Both the position numbers and the translations under genes were made by a program. A model generated the notes under the pieces. It was not told the DNA's origin, did no database searches, and saw nothing but the letters and a program-made list of their open reading frames with translations. This document shows, piece after piece, positions 49,196-56,166 of a stretch of 56,166 nucleotides of DNA (the first letter of the stretch is position 1; each line of letters opens with the position of its first letter). This stretch comes from Octopus bimaculoides (taxonomy: Eukaryota): positions 25,310,460 through 25,366,625 of the forward strand of contig NC_068998.1 in assembly GCF_001194135.2 (NCBI RefSeq), read 5' to 3'.

Positions 49196-52100
49196 GTTTC
49201 TAACTTACAATGAGAATAAATAAGCAACAAAAACATATTCACAAGATACGAAAACTCCTTTGAGGATGCCAGTTAAACTCTATTGAGGATGTCAATTAAA
49301 TGACTGTCGTTGCCTTAAATACTTTAGATGAGTTATTGGTGTTGCATATATTTCTGTGCCCTTTTAATCTTAACTTTTAGAGTATTCTGTGCGTATATAC
49401 AATATTTCATGCAATGCCAGGCAGTTCGAGCAACGAAATTTCATTTCTATTTAGATTGTACACTATTCGAATACAAATAAAATTACAATCTCATCTACTT
49501 GGTCGCTTACACAATTCAGAACGTTTTTTAAAATATATATTTAACGCAGTCCTTGTATGTCTTTAAATGTAGGAATATGAGTCTTAACGTTGATAAACGT
49601 TGACTCTTCTCAAAGCTTATTCATGATTTAAATATTCCAAATCATTATATAACTGTAGAAATAACTATGGTAAATATAAACCATATGCTTTGTTTTTTGT
49701 GTCTGATTTGAAGATTCTTGATAGGAACTCATATGGAAAGCGGGCATGTTACTGATGAGGCCTCAAATGGCGATGGAAGGACTTTGATTTAAATATAAAA
49801 TTGATTGATTGTTTAACCAGCAGTTTAAACAAATGATCGATTAGTTAGTTTGTTGTTGGTTAAAAATCTAATCAATCGAGTAATCAATCGTAAAGGAGAG
49901 AAACTGAACCAGTGTGTGTGTTTATATGATTATTAGTGTAATAACCGTCCCTACAATCTCGTATAAGATTTAAAATGTAAACGCCAAGGTGTGATTAATA
50001 CACTGAAACATTGTAATCTTAATGCCAAGGTTTATCTATGAGAATCGAATTCCATCTTATATATTATGTCATTTTAACTGTTTGAGATTGTACAAGGCAA
50101 CGGAATACTACTTCCCCAGTGCATCCTTTGCAAAGAAACTCTGACATATGTTTCACTTACCCAATCAGAAAGAATTGTATTGGACTGGACTGGACTGGAC
50201 TGGACATCTATCATACGACAAGGCGAATAACTTCGCAACTAAGAGAAGAGAGGTCAAAATTTTATCCAACTTTCATTTGTGTCAATAGTAATATATACAA
50301 CGGGGGAGCCATTATCAGAAATGTATTTTATTCTCGGTGGATTCTCTGGTTGGTAACATAATCATGTAAAAATAACTCTGAAAATTGAGTTGATATATTC
50401 GCGTGCTATTTCCTCCCCCTGCCAATCTCCGCCTAAAATCTGTTTAAAGAGGAAAAAATTATTGAGTAGGAAATCACCTATTTTAGAGCGAAATTGGATT
50501 TTCAATTTATAGTCATTATAGAAAAGAAACAGAAGGGCACAAAAAATAACATCAAATTTTCCATTTGCGAAATGTGGTGAATGACAAGCAGTTTAACAAA
50601 AAGAAGATAAATTTAAATATAGCAATATTAGAAAAAAATAAAATAGATAATAGTTGTGATTTTTTCTCTATTTATGGTAAATCTCATGTTAATTACTTTT
50701 GAGGTGAGCTAGTTAATTGAAATCCTAGCAAACAAAGTGCTAATATCTTACATAACTTGGTTTGCAGCATCTCGGTCAAGGAGTGAATTTCTAGTGAAAC
50801 AGAGATTACGTAGCGTAAACTTGGTTCAAATACAACTAGTCATACATCCTTTCACGAATCATTCAAATGTAATGCTTGTGTGGGATTACATTTGCAGATT
50901 TATGTACACTCTGAAGTACCACAGCACAATGACAGTAATGTTATTTGAGCTTACAAAATTGTTCAATATCAATATTTTATATTCACGTCTATTGTGCTCT
51001 CATAGAAAATTGTTTCCTCAGTTGTATAATCGATATAGTCTCAACCGAAACAAAATATTTTTTTCTTAGATATATAAATACTATTCTGGATCAACAACAT
51101 TGAGATTGGTCATTGCTCAATATTCCAAAACTGTTTTAAATGTATCTTTCATTATTACAGGACAACAAACATCGGGTTAAACTGCGAAATTGGCTTAATG
51201 TACTGGAATGCATAGTTGTTATGTACGTAAATAATGAAAATTCCATTTCTACACTTGATTTCCTGTAAAATATTGAAATGATAAAATAATACTTTTCAAT
51301 TATAATATAGAAAAATTCAATTAATTAAATGCAGCCATTATAAAATTCTGAGTCGGATATATTATAAATTCATTTATTTTTATAATTAAGAGTAGTAAAT
51401 TGTCTAACGGTTTTTAATGCAGTAGATTTGGTTTTACTGCGTGCTTGAATTGGACAACGGCATCTCGCCCTATATAATTTGTCTGTCTAAAATTACTTGT
51501 ATACCTCGTCCTAGGCATGCTTCATATCCAGTTCTTAACTATCAATCCTAACACTCTATACGTTTAATATCATGACCTGATTATTGAATACTGTCACCAG
51601 TGTCATCTTTGTTGGAGAGAGAAGTGAGTTCTGGGAGTAACCTCTTGCGTGCATTCCATTAGCCTAGAGGGTCCTTGACGCGACCATAGTTACGTCGCTT
51701 ACTCCACTAAATATTTAATTTTATAAGAAACTGATGTGAGTGTTATGTAAAATAGAGCAAGCTCCGTATTTATGAAGAGTATGTTGCTTAATCTCTCCAG
51801 GCACGTGGGTGATAATTCTTCTATAGACTTCTTAAAGATAAAGGTAAAGTTAATCCAATCCAATTTGAACTGTTAAACTAATAGGTCGCAGTATATTTTG
51901 TCCATTTTTCTACACTCTATCTCCGTCGATTTATTCCGCTAGGTACTTTCGCACCTTCATTGGAATCATTTTTCTTTTCCCCTTAGCGGTTACTAAAGAG
52001 AGTAGTGAATGGAATTTTGGGATTGCTAATTAAATATTTATTTTTTTTTACCTCTTAACTGTAGCCGTTTATCACAAAGAAAGAGAGAATCAGTGGGAAA

Positions 52101-52669
52101 TGTGTCGACTCCTTTTGATATTCATAACCGATAAGGATAAAGTAGTCCCTCGGTGGTACTTTACTACGGAATGCAGATCGGATCAAATTCAAAATGTTAG
52201 TCAACAATGGCAAAATTATCTCATAAGATGCCTTACGTTTTACGTTTGAAAAGAGTCTTTGTAACTATTTGCCTCTGAAACTTCTAGAACGGATTTCAGT
52301 GTGCACCGTGCCTTCTGAAGCGCTGGGAAATGCACCCCGTCAAATACCATATATTCATTCTGCCTGATTAATGGGTTACGTTAGTTTGCTTGCCACACAA
52401 GTCGGCGGCTTGGGAATGTTATGCGTTATGTAGGATGAATTCCAACCATGTTTCGTGTATCGCTATCTCTAGTTTCTTTATAGGACCCAGTGGCTAAGGA
52501 TATCATCATGTGGAATCACGTCCGGTTTCGGCTCCTACAACTCCACCGTTTTTGATGTGCACCCCGCCTCTCGAAGGTGTCTTCAGCTCTGGTGTTGAGT
52601 GCATTTTTTTCTCTTTTCTACACCTTTTGTTCTTTGGTTTCTTCGATACAGTGTCAACGGATGTCACCG

Positions 52670-52830
52670 GGCGAATGACCACCGTGCCAAATTACCCCTA
52701 AAATACTCAAGCAACCAGCGCCAGCTAACTGTCACGTGACACAATCTAAGCTTCAACTGACCAATGGAGGGGAAGGGCGCGTAGTTTTGGCCCGAGCCCT
52801 CTCTTCACCGACATTCAAACAGAGTCACGT
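52670..52830. promoter_or_regulatory. putative RNA Pol II core/proximal promoter
   Basis: CpG-richer non-repetitive island; palindromic TGTCACGTGACA (52730-52741), GACCAATGG NF-Y box (CCAAT 52761-52765), GGAGGGGAAGGGCG GC-box-like tract, TCATTC Inr match on the minus strand (52673-52678). Confidence 0.55.
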
Positions 52831-52884
52831 TAATTTCGGTTCTAGCAGCCAGAGCTGACTACCTGTCTGATGGTACAGGCCTTC

Positions 52885-52995
52885 GAACAATATGTGTGTC
52901 TGTGTCTGTGTGTCTGTGTGAATCCCTGTGTGTGTGTGTGTGTGTGTGTATGTGTGTGTGTGTGCGCGTGAATGCGTGTGTGCATATGTATGTAT
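52885..52995. repeat. (TG)n-rich microsatellite
   Basis: Visible array. Confidence 0.9.
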
Positions 52996-53821
52996 GTATA
53001 TTTAATCCTAGAAAAGATAATAATATCATACCATACTGCAGAATAACAAACATAAGAAAAGCATTCATGGAAGCAGCCGTGCAGTCCATCATGTTTCAAA
53101 AAGCTACAGGTTCTTATAGCTTCGATTTTGAGACACCATGACATATTAATGTATACAGTCAATTATATTTAGTGGACAAAATCAATAGCAGCAAAATCAT
53201 CAGCAAAAGTAGAGAAAATAATAAAGACATACGACCAAATTTGATAAACAGAATATTTAAACATATTGGAGAAATTACTTCGTGCACCAGTTTATCAAAA
53301 GACCTAAGATTTTCATGAGTATGCAAGATAAAATACAAGAAGCTGTGATGTTTAAACAGTTTATTTCAAAGTAGTAAAATCCCTGCAAACTGGAGAGTTA
53401 GTCCAAGATTAAAAGTAAATATATCAAACGACGAATCAAATCCACATAAATAACAATGCAATTAAATAACAATGCAATTAAACTAAGTAGAATGAATCAG
53501 ATATTCTGCACAAATATAGTTGAAAGCTTCAGTCTAGTCATTCGAACAGTTAGAAATACTACAGAAATTTTCTTGAAATAGTAGATACACAATGAAATCA
53601 AAGAGATGATATTGTCACAAATAGGATGTTTTGGGGTCAAACATTTTTCTATTTGGTCACACAGCAACAACTAGTAACGTGATGCCAAAAGGGAGTTCAA
53701 TAATCAAATATGAAACCTAAAATCTCTTCGAATCGAAATTTTAGATGGCGTGTGTGTTTGTGCGCGCATGCGTGAAGAGTCAGTTAGTCGAATATATCTC
53801 ATTTAGCGACTTCCGAAAAGG

Positions 53822-53921
53822 TGATGGTTAAAGTCGACCTCAGCGGAATTTTAACTAAGAACGTAAAGTCGAAAGATCACTTTGTCCGGTGTGTTATGGA
53901 TTCTGCCAGATCTCTTGCCTT
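53822..53921 (-). mobile_element. SINE family A, 5' fragment
   Basis: AAAGTCGACCTCAGCGGAATTTTAACTAAGAACGTAAAG..GATTCTGCCAG. Confidence 0.75.
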
Positions 53922-54082
53922 TGTATTCATATTTCATATTTGTATATTTCACTTATTTGTTACTCTAAGAAAGAGAAAAACTTATTTCTCTTTAGCTGTA
54001 ATTCCCAGTGTTTTATTCTTGCATTATCTTTTCCCAAATTAAGGCTGTCAATGAAACATTCCTTCTGGTACTTTAAAAAAAA

Positions 54083-54135
54083 ATGGTAAATGAGCTGGCA
54101 GAAATGTTCGCACACTAGACAAAATGCCTACGGGT
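54083..54135 (+). mobile_element. SINE family A head fragment
   Basis: GAGCTGGCAGAAATGTTCGCACACTAGACAAAATGC. Confidence 0.6.
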
Positions 54136-55854
54136 TCATCATGCGAGGACGGGGCATTTTTCGACAGTCACCACCGAGGCGTTGCTGTTGTATTTGAATG
54201 TTTTTCAATAGAGATTTTCTGCAGATATGTCAGGCAAATTTCTTCTTTAGAATATATAAATTCAAGCTATTCCTGTCATTGTACAATGAGTTGTATGTTT
54301 CAATGAAAAGGAGCGTAATGTGACAAAAACATGCCCGATGTTGTTTCTCTTACTTGCGAGAATAATGGTGATTATATTTCTCCATCTCATGGTTTTTCTT
54401 CTCATTTAATTCAACATTTAATCAAATCTGGTTAGTCTCACGTGATGTAGTACCAGTCGTACTCACTACCATGTAATACTCTGATACTTTGCTAAAGCTC
54501 AGATTCGAAGCCAACCCTATCTCCTCTATCTAAATTTTAATACACATATACATAATTACATAATGATTTCAGTTTTGCTTTAATAGATCGCTTTCTTTTG
54601 CTATCAGCCATAATTGAACTCCTTCAATCTTTCATTTTAATTATTTCACTTGTCTTGCACTTATTTTTATTCTTAGCTACACTTATTTGTGTATGTTTAC
54701 GTCTTCAACGTATTGCCGGTAAAATTACAACAGCCCAATTTACAAAAGAAGAAAAGACACTTAAGACCACATAAGTCTTAAGAAAAGGTAATATGGAACC
54801 ACTTGTCAGCGACATTGCTCACATTGAATTGAAAAGATCCAGCCGAGACCACTTTATGTCAATCACGCGGAGCAGCTTATGAATTTCTTCGCAAAGTTCT
54901 ATATACTAGTACTCTAACCAGCGGGAAACAGTAGAGGGGTTTTCTTTAAAAAAACTCTCATCGTGTTGGTATATAGCTTTATATATTTCCCACAATACAA
55001 ACTATTTCTATAGACAATTCAGATAATTTATTCTACTCATCATATGCCTGCAGCCGCAAAAGCAATGTATTCAATATTTATCTCAGAGAAAGACATCTTA
55101 TCTCTGGAACCTACTTCAGATGTCAAGATAACATTCTATCTCTGCTGTTGTTAGTCCGAATGTTTTGTTTATTCATACATAAAATTCATCTCACCTTGGA
55201 TCTCATCGTCTTCACCTAAATTCTTGCAATCGCAGCTTAGTAGCTTACAGTTAGTCTGGGTTAAATTATGTATTCTTTCTTTATAACATCGTCTATTGCC
55301 CCAATGCATTTAAAATTAAACCTAGCATTAGCAAATTCACTTTACTTTCTCTATATGCCCCATCTCAACACTTTATCACTCTCAATCATTCTTGTCGCCC
55401 AGATGGTTGTCTAATTACATCTTCTTATCCATCACCTAAGGGCAATATATTTGTTTCTTCAACTCTAATCTCATATTCATCCAGCAAATAAACAATGTTT
55501 AGCTCCTATTTACGTGAGAAGCGTAAGAAAATATAAATAAGAATTAGGTATCAGTCACATATGTAGGATTAAATTATATAATTGCAACTCAAATGCACAA
55601 GCTTTGAAAAAGAAATAAGCCTGACATATCTGCACCTGCAAAAGCTCTCTCTTGAAGAACGTTCAACTACTACAGCAACGCCTTCGTAATGACCGTCGAA
55701 GAAAAAAATTACTTTTACGAATGCAAACCATAAAGATTTTGTGACGAACTGCGCGTGAGACTACATTTTTTCTTCAACTCGTTGAGGACAACTTGCTATC
55801 TTTGATACATATCACCAGTAAAGGACAGAAAGTATTATCATTATTATTGTTGAG

Positions 55855-56166
55855 TAGTTTTATTTTTATAACGTGCTTTCACTTCACCACCGAGCGTAGC
55901 TCTGTGCGCCTTGGGTATGTGCTGTGGTTTGCTGTGATGCTCTTTTGGTTACTGTATTGAAAGTGTTTTGCGTAGGATGTGTGTAGTGCCCAGTAGTGCA
56001 ATTTTCTGTATGTTATATATATTTGTAAGTCCTGGTGTTTTTGTTATGTATTCGTCTGAATATATTTTTTTATACCTAAGGCACCTATTATGATAGGAAT
56101 TGTTTCTGTTTTTAGATTCCACATTCCAGTTACCTCTATTCCAAGGTCTTTGTGTTTTGAAAGTTT
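55855..56166 (-). mobile_element. RLE-type (R4-like) LINE 3' end, continues beyond the window
   Basis: Minus translation across a frameshift: KLSKHKTLE / EVTGMWNLKTETIPIIIGALG..KTPGLTNIYNIQKIALLGTTHILRKTLSIQ*, followed by UTR and an (AAT)-like tail. Confidence 0.85.

Noticed and set aside
54900-55500. Possible very old RTE fragment on the minus strand (RW-GHIE-like)
   Set aside because: Too degenerate to support beyond a single motif.
1-56166. CRISPR arrays, rRNA, prokaryotic operons or viral genes
   Set aside because: No repeat-spacer periodicity, rRNA-like sequence or long gene-dense ORFs; the window is eukaryotic repeat-rich DNA.

Overview
AT-rich, microsatellite-dense eukaryotic DNA with eight N-gaps, most flanked by (AT)n runs. 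The SINE families, (CA)n/(TA)n load and transposon content point to an Octopus (coleoid cephalopod) genome; this is inferred from recalled repeat consensuses, not from a search. No intact protein-coding gene could be identified, and almost all ORFs in the supplied track are microsatellite or gap artefacts. What the sequence does support: two tRNA-derived SINE families (about 14 copies or fragments), a near full-length dead mariner with TIRs and TA duplication (29029-30301), an internally deleted Ty3/gypsy remnant (gag knuckle, protease, RT start, RNase H end), four fragments of restriction-like-endonuclease (R4/Dong-type) LINEs, RTE, CR1/L2-group and ORF1-like LINE remnants, and several hairpin MITE/foldback elements. 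The most interesting signals are (i) a CpG-richer Pol II promoter-like island at ~52.3-52.85 kb with a palindromic TGTCACGTGACA E-box/CLEAR motif, a CCAAT box, a minus-strand Inr and a 32-codon upstream ORF; (ii) an inverted LINE fragment inserted exactly between GGTGACC sites inside a homologous LINE; (iii) a two-subfamily SINE chimera under one 12-bp TSD; (iv) an ~865-bp foldback element; and (v) a few unverified candidate exons on both strands.
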